A stretch of DNA of 64,000 nucleotides from Candidatus Zixiibacteriota bacterium (GTDB taxonomy: Bacteria > Zixibacteria > MSB-5A5 > UBA10806 > 4484-95). The stretch's first letter is position 1, and every line of letters starts with the position of its first letter. Both the position numbers and the translations under genes were made by a program. The stretch lies in contig JBBIRK010000002.1 in NCBI GenBank assembly GCA_037441845.1, positions 32,001 through 96,000 on the forward strand, read 5' to 3'. The notes under the pieces were generated by a model, which saw only the letters and a list, made by a program, of their open reading frames with translations, was not told the origin of the DNA and ran no database searches. This document shows positions 29,801 to 39,726 of this stretch, piece by piece.

Positions 29801-30351
29801 TCGAAAAGGCGGGCTGCGAAACGGAATGCCGGGTTTACATTGGCCAGATACAACAGAATCAGCTCGGCGCCGAAAATGTCGCGATTGGTGCCCGCCTCGC
29901 CCGCTTGCAGAATAATATCTTTCCCCTCTATCGACTCCGATAGCAGCGCCTGCGGAGGGAACGTTCCTATGAATGCGATCGCAGTCGGATCGGTATCGAT
30001 TCCCGATCGCTGCTGTAAATGCCGTCGCGAATTTTCGAATATCCCCGGATTATGCACCTGTCCGAATTGATAAATCAGATACCGAAAAACGTCCCAGATC
30101 GTAGCCATCGAGAACAGTTGCCCAGGAAAAATCGGAGGAAGATCGGAAAGCATGCCTCCGCGCAGGTCATTTATTTTATCGCACAAGCGGCGGATATTGT
30201 AGGTAAACCGTTTCTGAAAAGCGCCCTCATTAGGGCCGAACAGCATCTTCCTGTCCAAGTTGTCGGTGATTCCCCGTCCAAGCACCAAGCCGAACGGAAA
30301 GTGTCGATGCAGGATAATTTCAAGCAGCGTCGTGTCGATTGTTTTACTCAT
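26863..30351 (-). CDS. Large GH13 alpha-amylase family glycoside hydrolase
   Basis: DMVPNH, IRFDAAM (nucleophile), LLAEAFW (acid/base), FMNNPDE, PGLPMF. Confidence 0.92.
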   Translation of the reverse strand: MSKTIDTTLLEIILHRHFPFGLVLGRGITDNLDRKMLFGPNEGAFQKRFTYNIRRLCDKINDLRGGMLSDLPPIFPGQLFSMATIWDVFRYLIYQFGQVHNPGIFENSRRHLQQRSGIDTDPTAIAFIGTFPPQALLSESIEGKDIILQAGEAGTNRDIFGAELILLYLANVNPAFRFAARLFDDSPLREKSRYAEIIAGDKEYFAGGPTFKPLGKPLFECLFEPIRTCSDSLDCQLKFIYDNWAEFLPDELLERILLATDILSEERRIRGLGPGSIEILDFIRSTYGADYGINEPARFSQDADWMSNVVMIAKSIHVWLYQLSNKYKRHCRHLSDIPDEELDQLARWGFTGLWLIGIWERSPASQKIKRAMGNPEAMASAYSLYDYTIAADLGGEEAYINLKERAWRRGIRLASDMVPNHTGIYSRWVIEHPDWFIQLPYPPYPNYRFGGMDLSSDERVMIQIEDGYWDRRDAAVVFKRTDKWTGDVRYIYHGNDGTNMPWNDTAQLNFLNPEVREAVINTIIHVARKFPIIRFDAAMTLAKRHYQRLWFPRPGEGGAIPSRAENGLTREQFDAAMPAEFWREVVDRVAAEAPDTLLLAEAFWLMEGYFVRTLGMHRVYNSAFMNMLKMEENSKYRQTVKNVLEFSPEVLKRFVNFMNNPDEETAIAQFGDGDKYYGIAVMMVTMPGLPMFGHGQIEGFREKYGMEYGRAYWDEPINRQMVKLHEQKIFPLMRRRRLFSGSENFAFYDFVTPEGWVDENVFAYSNMVGLEKAIIIYNNSYNSTRGTIKLSTAINKGDADNKFLIRRTLAEAIDIKAEPGYFTIFKDYESGLEYIRENLQIAERGLFAVLRGYQYNAFLDLREVKDDDGSWRRLCDQLGGAGVPDINAALHELRYRAVLEPFCELLKMENLDSPGESEKSALSLCRAKFDAFCKAAADFMGITAERSAAIESAWNEFAVYHELVTGFGDDDNRAEIIPLLETLERLNGQLLPLGLAFFAIEAVENMAGHGEETTVPISISTVTDEWKLTDKLTSALVDRRIGMQESESHGRLLRLLIDHCRTIEGDRNLSGKALIAGLLADRRAHDYLLVNEYDGRLWLNKERLEFLLGMIFLIKIVWYRSGGDSTIIGLRRLVDTAASLIDSARMAGYDIKAYLSLIEKYR

Positions 30352-30544
30352 GGGCGATTAATTAATATAATCGGATAATATAATCAAGGGGTTAAGTGAA
30401 ACGGCGGGTGCAGGCCGCCCATATTTATAGAGTGGTGACGCTCGAAAAATTTAGATTGCGTAGGTATTCTGTGGATAGTATTATTAGGTGTTCGGTGGAA
30501 TTGCTGCGTGTATTGTTGCAATCGCCGGGCGGTATAAGTTTAGT

Positions 30545-30618
<74 letters not shown>

Positions 30619-30870
30619 TTTTTTATCGGTAAAACAAATATGCAACACGGAGACATGGTCGCCCGGGGACGTCGTAATGACCTTATGGCACAGTCCGAAT
30701 TACAGGCCAACTACCCATCACCACAACACACCATTCCTCTTCGATACTCCGATCGGTATAATCCACCTGCAGCTATTTCCCCTTGGAAATTTAGATAAAA
30801 ATGATATGCCCCGCGATCCTGTCAAGTGACATTTTCGCTCATAGCCGATTCACTTCCCGATTCTATTCCA

Positions 30871-30898
30871 TTGACTAATTCCTAAAAATAAATATAAT
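30871..30898 (+). promoter_or_regulatory. Putative sigma-70 promoter of the large protease
   Basis: TTGACT-N16-TATAAT. Confidence 0.6.
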
Positions 30899-31013
30899 TG
30901 TATTGTTGTTTAGCGGTTATCTTTTGAGTGGTTTTCGCTTATGCTTATCGAAACGACGCTCATCGAATATCGCAAAATCGATAATATCAAATAACTATAG
31001 ACGGGAGCAACAA

Positions 31014-34000
31014 ATGAAATTCGCGTGGGTAATCGTGCTGTCGATGGCGCTGCTGATCGCGGCGGACCGGCTGGCCGCTGTCGAACTTGAGCTGGTCAAA
31101 TCCACCGAGCAATCCTTCAAATCCGCTTATCCGGGGGCGCAATTTTTATTCGAGGACGACGGCCGACTGTCGAGAATTTACGGCCGGCCGTTCGGCGGTG
31201 GAAGCAACCCGATCGACGCGGCTGAACGGTTTAAGTCCAACTATGCCGCCATGTTCGGCCTCGAGCCTGATGAATTGGTTCAGGTAAGTGCGTTCAACCC
31301 CGAATTGAAAACGCAGGGCTTGATGTACGATCGTTCCACGGGCGAACCTCGTTTCACACTCGTTTATTACTCGCAATTCAAGGCCGGCCTGCCGGTTTAT
31401 GACGCCGAGCTGCGTCTGCTTGTGCTCAATCGGCCGGACCACCCGATCGCTCTGGCGGTCGTGGCGCTCAAAGATCTTTCGCAATTTCGCCCTGAACCGG
31501 CCGCCATGGCTGCGGATCCCCTGGCGGTGCGTTCCGCTTTCCAGTCTCAGATACCCGAAATGCCCAATACTTCCGAGCCGCGTCTGGTAATCTGGGCCGG
31601 CACTCCTGATGAAACCGCCAAGCCCAGAGTGGCAGTCGAGTTCGTAGCCTGGGATAGTCAACCCGCCACCATGAAAAAGCGATTCTTGATCGACGCCGTC
31701 ACGCTCGAAAAATTGCACGAGGAAGATTTGGTAATCGACATCAACATCACCGGCCAGGTAAATGGATTAGCCACGGAGAATTTCAAAGCCGAACAATGCG
31801 GCAACGAAATCACTACGCCGCTGCGCCACGCCTATGTGCGTATCCAGGGCGGCGATTCTGCGATAGCCGACACCGGCGGTTATTTTACGATAAACAATCC
31901 GGGAAGTTCACCGGTGACCGTGCTCTCTCCTATCCGCGGTCGTTGGTTTAGGGTATATAACCAAGCCGGCAGCGCCACCGAACTTTCGCAAACCGTGACC
32001 CCTCCGGGTCCAGCTAACTTTCTGCACAATTCAGGCAACACCGAATTCACCCGAGCCGAGGTAAACGGCTATTATCATGCAAATATCGTGCGCGATTTCA
32101 CCCTTAGCTTCAACCCGACTTATCCGACCATCTACAACCAGATCAATTTCCCCGTCTATGTCAATGAAACCGGCGGTTATTGCCCGGGGAATGCCTGGTA
32201 CGACGGCGTTTCGATCACTTTTTGTCAATCTGGAGGCGGTTATCCCAATACCGCGTTTTCGACGATCGTGCACCATGAATACGGACATCACCTGGTAGAG
32301 ATGGCGGGAAGCGGTCAGGGGCAGTATGGCGAGGGTATGGGCGATGTCATGGGGCTGCTTATCACCGACGACCCCGGGGCGGCCTGGGGTTTTTATGGCC
32401 CCTGCAATCAAGCGTTGAGAAGCGCCGATAATACGCTGCAATACCCCTGTAGTGGCGAAATCCATTACTGCGGGCAGTTGCTTTCGGGTTGCGTCTGGAG
32501 CACACGCAACGCCCTGGCGGCTTCCTACCCATCGACCTACATGTCGATTCTTGCCGATCTTGCCATAAACGCCATGCTTCTGCACACGGGAACCTCGATC
32601 ACCCCGAGCATAACCGTGGATTATTTGACTCTCGACGATACCGATGGCAACATCTATAACGGCACGCCGCATCGAACGGAAATCTGCACGGGATTCGACG
32701 CGCACAACATGACCTGCCCCGCTCTTCAGACCGGAGTATTCATTACTCATACGCCGCTCGGAAATACCACATCGAACAGCCCTTATGAAGTCAACGCCGT
32801 TATAACCACCACCGAAACTTCAATAGACTCCGCCTATATTTTCTGGTCCAACGGCGGTTCCTATTCGCCCGTGTCGATGACGAATCTGGGAGCAGGCAAT
32901 TACCGCGGCTACATCCCCGGGCAGCCCAATTGCACTTTCGTCGAATACTATATTTATGCGACCGACAATCTGCATAACACGAAAAGACACCCCGAAACGG
33001 GAACTCATCGCTTTTATGTGGGAACTTTCGATACCCTCTTGTTCAATAACGTGGAAAACGGCACCGCCGGCTGGACTCACACTATCGTGACCTCCGGATA
33101 CGTTGACCAGTGGGAGATCCGCAACCACCGCAATCACACCTCAGGGGGCGCCAACGCCTGGAAATTCGGCAACTCGTCGTCCACCGAAAGCTATGCCAAT
33201 TACGCGGACGGCGGACTGATCAGCCCCTCGATAACGCTGCCGGCCGACGCCAAACTGCAATTTTGGACCTGGGGCGCCATCGAACAATCATCGTCGACCG
33301 CGGCATGGGATGGAGCCATTGTCGAAATTTCCCTCAACGGCGGCCCTTATACGCGCATAACCCCGGTCGACGGCTATACCCATTCCACGGTCGGTGGTTA
33401 TAGCCATCCCTGGCCCGCCGCCACACCCTGCTGGTCGGGCAATTTCGATTGGCAAATGAAAGAATTCGATCTGGCCGCTTACGCAGGAAACAACATAAAT
33501 CTGCGTTTCCGCTTCGGCTCGGACAACTCCGTCGCCTATGAGGGATGGTATATCGATGATATCCTGATAACGGCTCCCCATTGCGATTCGATCGAAACCG
33601 GCGTGCTCAGCGGAATTGTCACCGATAACCTCGGATCAGTCTCGGGAGCGGTGGTCCATGCGGTCTCAGGAGGCAATCAGGGCTGGGATACGACGAGCGC
33701 CGCGGGGGCGTATTCGATGACTCTGCCGGTCGGAAGCTATTCCGTGGCATTCGCCCATATAGACCATCGCGATACGACCGTCCTGTCGGTGACGATAGCC
33801 GCCGATTCGACCACGATGCTTGACATGGTCATGACCAGGCTGCCCGGCGCCATCAGAGGTGTGATCACACGCGCACCATCTCTGCCTGTGGCGGGGTTGC
33901 GGGCGATTCTTTCTGGAGGCGCCGAGGACACCACCGATTCCGGCGGAAATTATGGATTTTTCGGGCTTCCCGATGGCGATTACTCGCTGACGCTGAATCA

Positions 34001-35684
34001 TCCCGATTATTACGATACCACGATAGCAAATATCGCGGTGACAGCCGGTGATACCACATTCAGAAACGTTACGGTCCGAATTCGTCCGGGATGGCTGTCG
34101 GGAATCGTAACCGATACCGGCGGCGTCGCTATCGAAAGCGTGCTGGTGATATGCAACGGCGCGGTAATTCTGCAGATAGATTCCGTTTACACCGGGGCCG
34201 ACGGTCAATTCCTGATCGAGCTGACACCGGACAACTACGGCATAAATTTCGTTCATCCCATGTTCGACGATACCACCATTTCCGATGTAGTCATCTCGCC
34301 TGCCGACACGACCTCCGTTTCCGTCGAATTGAAACCGACCGATTTCCCGCCGGTCATAACTTCGCCCGATTCCACCACGGCCATCGAGGATTTCCCATTC
34401 AGTTATATAGCCGCCGCCTATGATCCCAACGGTCACGCGGTCACGATTGACATCGATCGATTCGCCTCCTGGCTGGCTTTATCGGGAGACACCTTATTCG
34501 GAACCCCGACCGAGGGGAAAACCGACACCAGTTTCCGCATAATCGCTTCCGATGGACTTTTGGCTGACACTCAGCTCGTATTCATCGATGTTATTCCGGT
34601 TAACGATCCACCTCGGATAATTTCGCCGGAGGTTTCGCAGGCGACAGAGCATCAGCCGTTCGCCTATACCGCCATGGCGGTGGACCCCGACGGCACCACT
34701 CCGGACGTTTCTTTTTCTGATTACGCCTCCTGGATGACTCCCTGGTCTCAAACGATCGTCGGGATACCGCCAGAGGGCGCCGCGGATACCTCTTTCCGGA
34801 TAATCGCCTCGGATGGATTATTGGCGGATACTCAAATTGTGGCGGTCGATGTCATTCCGGTGAATGATCCGCCGCAGATCACCTCGCCGTCATCGATCAG
34901 CGCCGTGGAGGACCAACCGTTCAGCTATGTCGCCGCAGCCAGTGACCCCGAAGGAACCACGCCGGTGATAAGTTTTGTAAGAAAACCGTCGTGGATGACG
35001 GTTGCGCAAGACACGATATTCGGAACCGCGCTCAACGGGTTCGTCGACACCTCCTTCGCCGTGGTTGCCAGCGACGGCCAATCAGCCGATACCCTGGTTG
35101 TGCTGGTTGACGTAATTCCCGTCAACGATCCTCCGATATTAACCTCCCCTTCCACGGCTTCGGCGTCGTGGGGTTCGGTTTTCGAGTATCTGGGAACCGC
35201 CGTCGATATCGACAATCCGGTAGTGGCCATCACTTACCCGCTGCGACCTTCGTGGCTGGCGCCTATCGGTGATACTTTGCGCGGCCTTACTCCCTCGGGA
35301 GCAGCCGACACGTTGTTTTTGATCGTGGCTTCCGACGGCCAGCTTGCCGATAGTCAATTGGTGAATTTGTCGGTGAGTTACTCTTGCTTGTATGTGCCCG
35401 GAGATATAAACGGCGATGGCAACATCATCGGCGGCGATGTCACTTTTGGGGTTCGCTTTTTCAAAGGATTGGGGGCCAATCCGCCCGATAGCTGCTATCT
35501 CGATTCGACCTCGAGCTACCTATATGTTGCCGGCGACGTCAACGGTAATTGCGAATTCAGAGGATCGGATATAACCAGGCTGGTTTCCTATTTCAAGGGG
35601 ACCGCCACCATTACCTATTGCCATTTCCTTCCCCCGGGTGGCGCTTTGCGCATCGATAGGCAGGCGGTCGGCAAGATCGAATAA
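31014..35684 (+). CDS. Large secreted multidomain zinc metalloprotease (M36/M4-like) with beta-sandwich, carboxypeptidase-regulatory-like, Ig-like repeat and C-terminal dockerin-like domains
   Basis: Signal peptide, propeptide, NAWYDG, HEYGH and GEGMGD zinc ligands, EIHYCG; GWYIDDI module; PGDINGDG..GDVNGNCE..SDIT dockerin-like pair. Confidence 0.88.
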   Translation: MKFAWVIVLSMALLIAADRLAAVELELVKSTEQSFKSAYPGAQFLFEDDGRLSRIYGRPFGGGSNPIDAAERFKSNYAAMFGLEPDELVQVSAFNPELKTQGLMYDRSTGEPRFTLVYYSQFKAGLPVYDAELRLLVLNRPDHPIALAVVALKDLSQFRPEPAAMAADPLAVRSAFQSQIPEMPNTSEPRLVIWAGTPDETAKPRVAVEFVAWDSQPATMKKRFLIDAVTLEKLHEEDLVIDINITGQVNGLATENFKAEQCGNEITTPLRHAYVRIQGGDSAIADTGGYFTINNPGSSPVTVLSPIRGRWFRVYNQAGSATELSQTVTPPGPANFLHNSGNTEFTRAEVNGYYHANIVRDFTLSFNPTYPTIYNQINFPVYVNETGGYCPGNAWYDGVSITFCQSGGGYPNTAFSTIVHHEYGHHLVEMAGSGQGQYGEGMGDVMGLLITDDPGAAWGFYGPCNQALRSADNTLQYPCSGEIHYCGQLLSGCVWSTRNALAASYPSTYMSILADLAINAMLLHTGTSITPSITVDYLTLDDTDGNIYNGTPHRTEICTGFDAHNMTCPALQTGVFITHTPLGNTTSNSPYEVNAVITTTETSIDSAYIFWSNGGSYSPVSMTNLGAGNYRGYIPGQPNCTFVEYYIYATDNLHNTKRHPETGTHRFYVGTFDTLLFNNVENGTAGWTHTIVTSGYVDQWEIRNHRNHTSGGANAWKFGNSSSTESYANYADGGLISPSITLPADAKLQFWTWGAIEQSSSTAAWDGAIVEISLNGGPYTRITPVDGYTHSTVGGYSHPWPAATPCWSGNFDWQMKEFDLAAYAGNNINLRFRFGSDNSVAYEGWYIDDILITAPHCDSIETGVLSGIVTDNLGSVSGAVVHAVSGGNQGWDTTSAAGAYSMTLPVGSYSVAFAHIDHRDTTVLSVTIAADSTTMLDMVMTRLPGAIRGVITRAPSLPVAGLRAILSGGAEDTTDSGGNYGFFGLPDGDYSLTLNHPDYYDTTIANIAVTAGDTTFRNVTVRIRPGWLSGIVTDTGGVAIESVLVICNGAVILQIDSVYTGADGQFLIELTPDNYGINFVHPMFDDTTISDVVISPADTTSVSVELKPTDFPPVITSPDSTTAIEDFPFSYIAAAYDPNGHAVTIDIDRFASWLALSGDTLFGTPTEGKTDTSFRIIASDGLLADTQLVFIDVIPVNDPPRIISPEVSQATEHQPFAYTAMAVDPDGTTPDVSFSDYASWMTPWSQTIVGIPPEGAADTSFRIIASDGLLADTQIVAVDVIPVNDPPQITSPSSISAVEDQPFSYVAAASDPEGTTPVISFVRKPSWMTVAQDTIFGTALNGFVDTSFAVVASDGQSADTLVVLVDVIPVNDPPILTSPSTASASWGSVFEYLGTAVDIDNPVVAITYPLRPSWLAPIGDTLRGLTPSGAADTLFLIVASDGQLADSQLVNLSVSYSCLYVPGDINGDGNIIGGDVTFGVRFFKGLGANPPDSCYLDSTSSYLYVAGDVNGNCEFRGSDITRLVSYFKGTATITYCHFLPPGGALRIDRQAVGKIE
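34341..35384 (+). repeat. Four tandem 261-nt (87-aa) Ig/cadherin-like repeats
   Basis: Units start at 34341, 34602, 34863, 35124 (NDPPxIxSP...DTSFxIxASDGxxADT). Confidence 0.88.
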
Positions 35685-35911
35685 TCTTCCCCATAGCGGA
35701 TCGCGGTTTCAATCTGCCCGGCATCGGCGTATAATAATCGGTGCCGGGTTTATTGTTTTGGACCGAAATTTGTGAAAAGCTGAGACGTTGGCAAAAAAGA
35801 CGGATTTGTCGATCGCAATGTAGGGTCATGCGAAGATCGCTGCCTTTACCAATTTGACCGGCGGCCGATTATTATTATATCATAAAGAAATAGCAAAGGT
35901 AGGTTCGATCG

Positions 35912-36862
35912 ATGTCCAAAAATTTCGGAATAATCGGTGTAGCCGGATATATCGCCCCCCGGCATCTTAAAGCCATAAAAGAGACGGGCAATCGGCTCGT
36001 ATGCGCTCTCGACACGAATGATTCGGTGGGGATTCTCGACAGCTATTTCGACGACGTTCGCTTTTTCACCGAATTCGAACGTTTCGACCGCTACGTGGAA
36101 AAGCTGCGCAGGCACAACAAAGGAAACCAGCTCGATTACATCAGCATCTGTTCCCCCAATTACCTTCACGACGCCCACGCCAGATTCGCCTTGCGGGTCG
36201 GCGCCGACACCATCTGCGAAAAACCGGTCGTCCTCAACCCTTGGAATATCGATGCACTCCAGGAGATGGAACAGGAAACCGGCAAACGCGTCTACACCGT
36301 ATTGCAATTGAGGCTTCTGCCGCCCTTGATCGCTCTGAAAGAGCAGATCGAAAAAAATCCGCCTAAAACCAAGAAAGAAATCTGCCTTACCTATATCACT
36401 TCCCGCGGCCCCTGGTATCTGGTTTCCTGGAAAGGCCAACTGGAACGCTCCGGCGGATTAACCACCAATATCGGAATACATTTTTTCGATATGCTGATCT
36501 GGATATTCGGCAAAGTCGAACACAGCGAAGTGCATCTGAATTTTCCGACCAAGGCCGCAGGCTACCTTGAACTCGAGCATGCCCGGGTGCAATGGCTGCT
36601 TTCTATAGATAAGAACGACCTGCCGAGCGAATGCCGCGAGAAAGGAAAACGGACCTATCGTTCGATAACTATCGACGGCGAGGAAATCGAATTTTCGGAG
36701 GGATTCACCGATCTGCATACCGAGGTTTACAGACGCACTCTGGCCGGGCAAGGTTTCGGCCTCGAGGACACCCGCCCGTCGATCGCCCTGGCTCACAATA
36801 TCAGAAACGCCAATCCGATCGGCATCAAGGCCATATCTCATCCTCTTTTGAAACGCTTGTAG
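35912..36862 (+). CDS. wbpB: Gfo/Idh/MocA oxidoreductase, UDP-GlcNAcA 3-dehydrogenase WbpB/WlbA-like
   Basis: GVAGYIAPRHLKAIK, SICSPNYLHDAH, CEKPVVLNP, TNIGIHFFDML, FSEGFTDLH. Confidence 0.88.
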   Translation: MSKNFGIIGVAGYIAPRHLKAIKETGNRLVCALDTNDSVGILDSYFDDVRFFTEFERFDRYVEKLRRHNKGNQLDYISICSPNYLHDAHARFALRVGADTICEKPVVLNPWNIDALQEMEQETGKRVYTVLQLRLLPPLIALKEQIEKNPPKTKKEICLTYITSRGPWYLVSWKGQLERSGGLTTNIGIHFFDMLIWIFGKVEHSEVHLNFPTKAAGYLELEHARVQWLLSIDKNDLPSECREKGKRTYRSITIDGEEIEFSEGFTDLHTEVYRRTLAGQGFGLEDTRPSIALAHNIRNANPIGIKAISHPLLKRL

Positions 36863-36887
36863 CCTGAAATCCTTTACGAGATGATAA

Positions 36888-36921
36888 ACAAACGGGATAC
36901 GCCTCAGCGTATCCCGTTTGT
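36888..36921. terminator. Bidirectional terminator between convergent wbpB and lipoprotein genes
   Basis: ACAAACGGGATACGC-CTCA-GCGTATCCCGTTTGT, perfect 15-bp stem. Confidence 0.85.
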
Positions 36922-36947
36922 CTTCAAGAACAAATCTATTTCAAGAC

Positions 36948-38693
36948 TCAATCATCGAGGAACCAGGCCAGCATGTAGTTGAATACATGTTGCACCTCGC
37001 CGCCGCTGTTATCCATGAAATAGAGCGGAAAAGTGAAAACCGATGTCTTGAAAGCGCCGTGCGACGGCTCATAGACCATCGCCACCGGCATGGCATGAAT
37101 CGGCCAGCCGTCCTGGTAGGAGGTATCGGGGTTAATCGCTTCGTAGGTCAATAGAGTCGTGGAATTGCTCGAATAACGCGCCATCACGTCGACTTTGGAG
37201 AGGTTGAATTGATACATATAGCGGCACTTGGTCTGATCCACCACCAGCCGTTCGAAAGGTGAAGTGGGAGTCGGATTGGCGGCCATAAATTCCGCGGTTT
37301 GGGAAACGGCGGCGTTGCTGCTGAATGTGCCGTAGCTGATATCGAAATACTGAAACGGCAGCGACTGGCTGCTGTAGTCGCTTTTACCCACTATACCGGG
37401 GTTATTTTGAAACACTTGCCTGCCGATCACCCAGGCTTTACCGCCGGCTTGAAGATAACGTCTTATTGCACCTGCCATCGGATTTTCAGTAGTGGCATCC
37501 GGGCTGTAAAGATCGCCTTTGTTGAAGTCGGCGTTGTCGACAATGACCATCCGATGCCTGGCGAATACGGAAATCGGCGGCACCGGAGCCAGAGTGGTTC
37601 CCGTGACATGGTTGCCGTAGATAGTGTAACTATATCCGACTCCCGTGCCATCAATCATATCCCGATAAAATTGCCTGATCGAATCGGGGAATGAGGCGGG
37701 GTTATTCAACCGCGGATATCCTCTGGTGGTGGTATCCGATTGAGTGCGGTATTGGGTCGCCTGGATTATCAAGATGTCCAATACTGCATCCGGGGAAGAT
37801 ATCCAGACCGGCTCCACCAGCACGAACTTGTTCCATGCCGGAGTGGGATCCGGCACCTGGGCGTCATCTCGCACCCTGACCGTGAATATATAGGCGCCGG
37901 TTCGCAGGTCTTTCAAAACGACTTCCTTGGAAAACAACCAATGAGATCCGGTGCTGTCATTGTATGACCACCTGACCAGCAGATCGGCGGATGTATCCGC
38001 TATCGTGAGCGCGGCGGCGGTCGACGTATCATACGGTCCGTAAAGATTCCACTCGTAGTCGAAATCCGGTTCGCCGTCCGGGAAATCGAGCGTATCCTTT
38101 CCCTCCCAGGTGATTTTCAACCCGCTCCACACTCTCGTCGTATCGGGCAGAACCCATAAATACTCTCCGACCATCTGGTCAGGGGGAAGTGAATCGCTCG
38201 GATCGGTCTTGCCCGGGAATATCCTTATGTAAGTCTGCGGGGGACGGTTCACGCGCGAATATCTACGGTAAATCGTCGGCGAAAATTGTCCGTCATCATC
38301 GACACACTTGACGAAAACATATTGGCCGACCGTATCGGTCTCGTTGGACGAGGCGAAAAACCTCACCGTAACCGTGGTCGATTCCTGCGGCACATTGATC
38401 CAAAGCGAATCCGGAGGCAGGCTGTCGAGATAATCCGCCGGATTCCCCACGCTGTCATCCTGCACCACCAGATAATAATAGCCAATGACCCGCCCGTCCT
38501 CATCGGTGCCGCTCCAGGTCAAATGCGGATTGGAGGTGAACACGTAATTCTCCGGCGGCGTATTCGAAAATGCGATCGTCGGAGCCTTATTGCCCGCCGG
38601 CGTTCCTTTAAGAGATTTCTTGCCGCAGCCGGCGGCCCCCAACATCAAGGCCGAAATCATGGCGATCGACAATATCAAAAGTCCTCTTCTCAT
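36948..38693 (-). CDS. Lipoprotein with two Ig/FN3-like domains and a C-terminal alpha/beta domain
   Basis: GGAGGAG SD; signal peptide ending AAG-C lipobox; NKAPT/NRPPQT..WxGxD repeats. Confidence 0.8.
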   Translation of the reverse strand: MRRGLLILSIAMISALMLGAAGCGKKSLKGTPAGNKAPTIAFSNTPPENYVFTSNPHLTWSGTDEDGRVIGYYYLVVQDDSVGNPADYLDSLPPDSLWINVPQESTTVTVRFFASSNETDTVGQYVFVKCVDDDGQFSPTIYRRYSRVNRPPQTYIRIFPGKTDPSDSLPPDQMVGEYLWVLPDTTRVWSGLKITWEGKDTLDFPDGEPDFDYEWNLYGPYDTSTAAALTIADTSADLLVRWSYNDSTGSHWLFSKEVVLKDLRTGAYIFTVRVRDDAQVPDPTPAWNKFVLVEPVWISSPDAVLDILIIQATQYRTQSDTTTRGYPRLNNPASFPDSIRQFYRDMIDGTGVGYSYTIYGNHVTGTTLAPVPPISVFARHRMVIVDNADFNKGDLYSPDATTENPMAGAIRRYLQAGGKAWVIGRQVFQNNPGIVGKSDYSSQSLPFQYFDISYGTFSSNAAVSQTAEFMAANPTPTSPFERLVVDQTKCRYMYQFNLSKVDVMARYSSNSTTLLTYEAINPDTSYQDGWPIHAMPVAMVYEPSHGAFKTSVFTFPLYFMDNSGGEVQHVFNYMLAWFLDD

Positions 38694-38716
38694 CTTGATC
38701 ACTCCTCCTATCCCGC

Positions 38717-39712
38717 TCAAAACTTCAGGTCGAATGTGAATCGGTGGACGTTGTCGAGAAATCCGAGGTCCTGATAGGCATAGTCGAGTTGGACTTTGCG
38801 CTCGGCCACCGGGAATTTCAAGCCGAATCCGAACGAATAGCCGGAGGTCAGGCTACCGAAACTTTTGCGGGTGCTGAAACCCTCCTCGTCTTCGAGAAAG
38901 CCGTTGTTGGCGAAATCGTAATTGAATTTCTTCCCCACCCGCAACGCGAACATGTCATTAAACCAGTATTCGGCCCCGGCGTTGAACCTTTCGAGATTGT
39001 CGTTGGGACGCGACGCTTGAATTCCGAAAGTCAGTTTCTGTGCTTCGCTTTGAATCAGATTGATCGACGAACCGAATCGGAAATCGATCGGAAGAGGATA
39101 AGTCTCACGGATAAATTTCATATCCGGTCCGAAATTCGCCAGCATCATGCACAGGGTGAAATTCCGATAGCCGGTCTGATAGTATATGCCGGCATCCGAT
39201 GCCCAACCGGTGGCTTTTTCCTCCTCGAGAAATTGGTTGATATACTTGAACGTCAAACCTATCGACAGGTTATCGGTAAGACTTGCCGAGTAGGTCAAGC
39301 CCAGCGCCATATCGGCCACCGTGAAAGTCTGCCCGTTGCCGCGGGGATATTCGTATGTGGTAACCGGCATATCCCCGGTATGCAGCCAGTATCCCGAAAT
39401 ACCGACGTTACCGAAAAGACTCGGGGTAGGCCAGACCAAACCGATAAATTCATACTGAATATCGGCCGGGTATTCGATATGCGTGGCGATAATCTCTTTC
39501 TGTTCCAGCAACGCCACACCCGCCGGGTTGTAGTAAAGCGCCGAAGCGTCGTTGGCCAAACCGATAAAGGCATCGCCCATACCGTTTGCCCTCGCCGATA
39601 CACCGAGCTTCAGAAATTGCGCACCGGTGGTGCCCACTTTGGCCTGACCGAATACAAGCGCAGGCAGACACATCATCAACGCGAGTGCGGCAACCAGAGT
39701 AAGTTTTTTCAT
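38717..39712 (-). CDS. PorV/PorQ-family outer-membrane beta-barrel
   Basis: GTTGAQFLKLGVSARANGMGDAF..DASALYYNPAG; C-terminal DYAY..HRFTFDLKF. Confidence 0.88.
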   Translation of the reverse strand: MKKLTLVAALALMMCLPALVFGQAKVGTTGAQFLKLGVSARANGMGDAFIGLANDASALYYNPAGVALLEQKEIIATHIEYPADIQYEFIGLVWPTPSLFGNVGISGYWLHTGDMPVTTYEYPRGNGQTFTVADMALGLTYSASLTDNLSIGLTFKYINQFLEEEKATGWASDAGIYYQTGYRNFTLCMMLANFGPDMKFIRETYPLPIDFRFGSSINLIQSEAQKLTFGIQASRPNDNLERFNAGAEYWFNDMFALRVGKKFNYDFANNGFLEDEEGFSTRKSFGSLTSGYSFGFGLKFPVAERKVQLDYAYQDLGFLDNVHRFTFDLKF

Positions 39713-39726
39713 TTTCAGCCTCCTCG

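Noticed and set aside
34341..35384. CRISPR or DGR-like repeats
   Set aside because: Repeats are in-frame, diverged protein-domain repeats; no spacers, cas or reverse transcriptase genes
35912..36862. O-antigen gene cluster around wbpB
   Set aside because: Gene is monocistronic here; no wbpA/E/D neighbours
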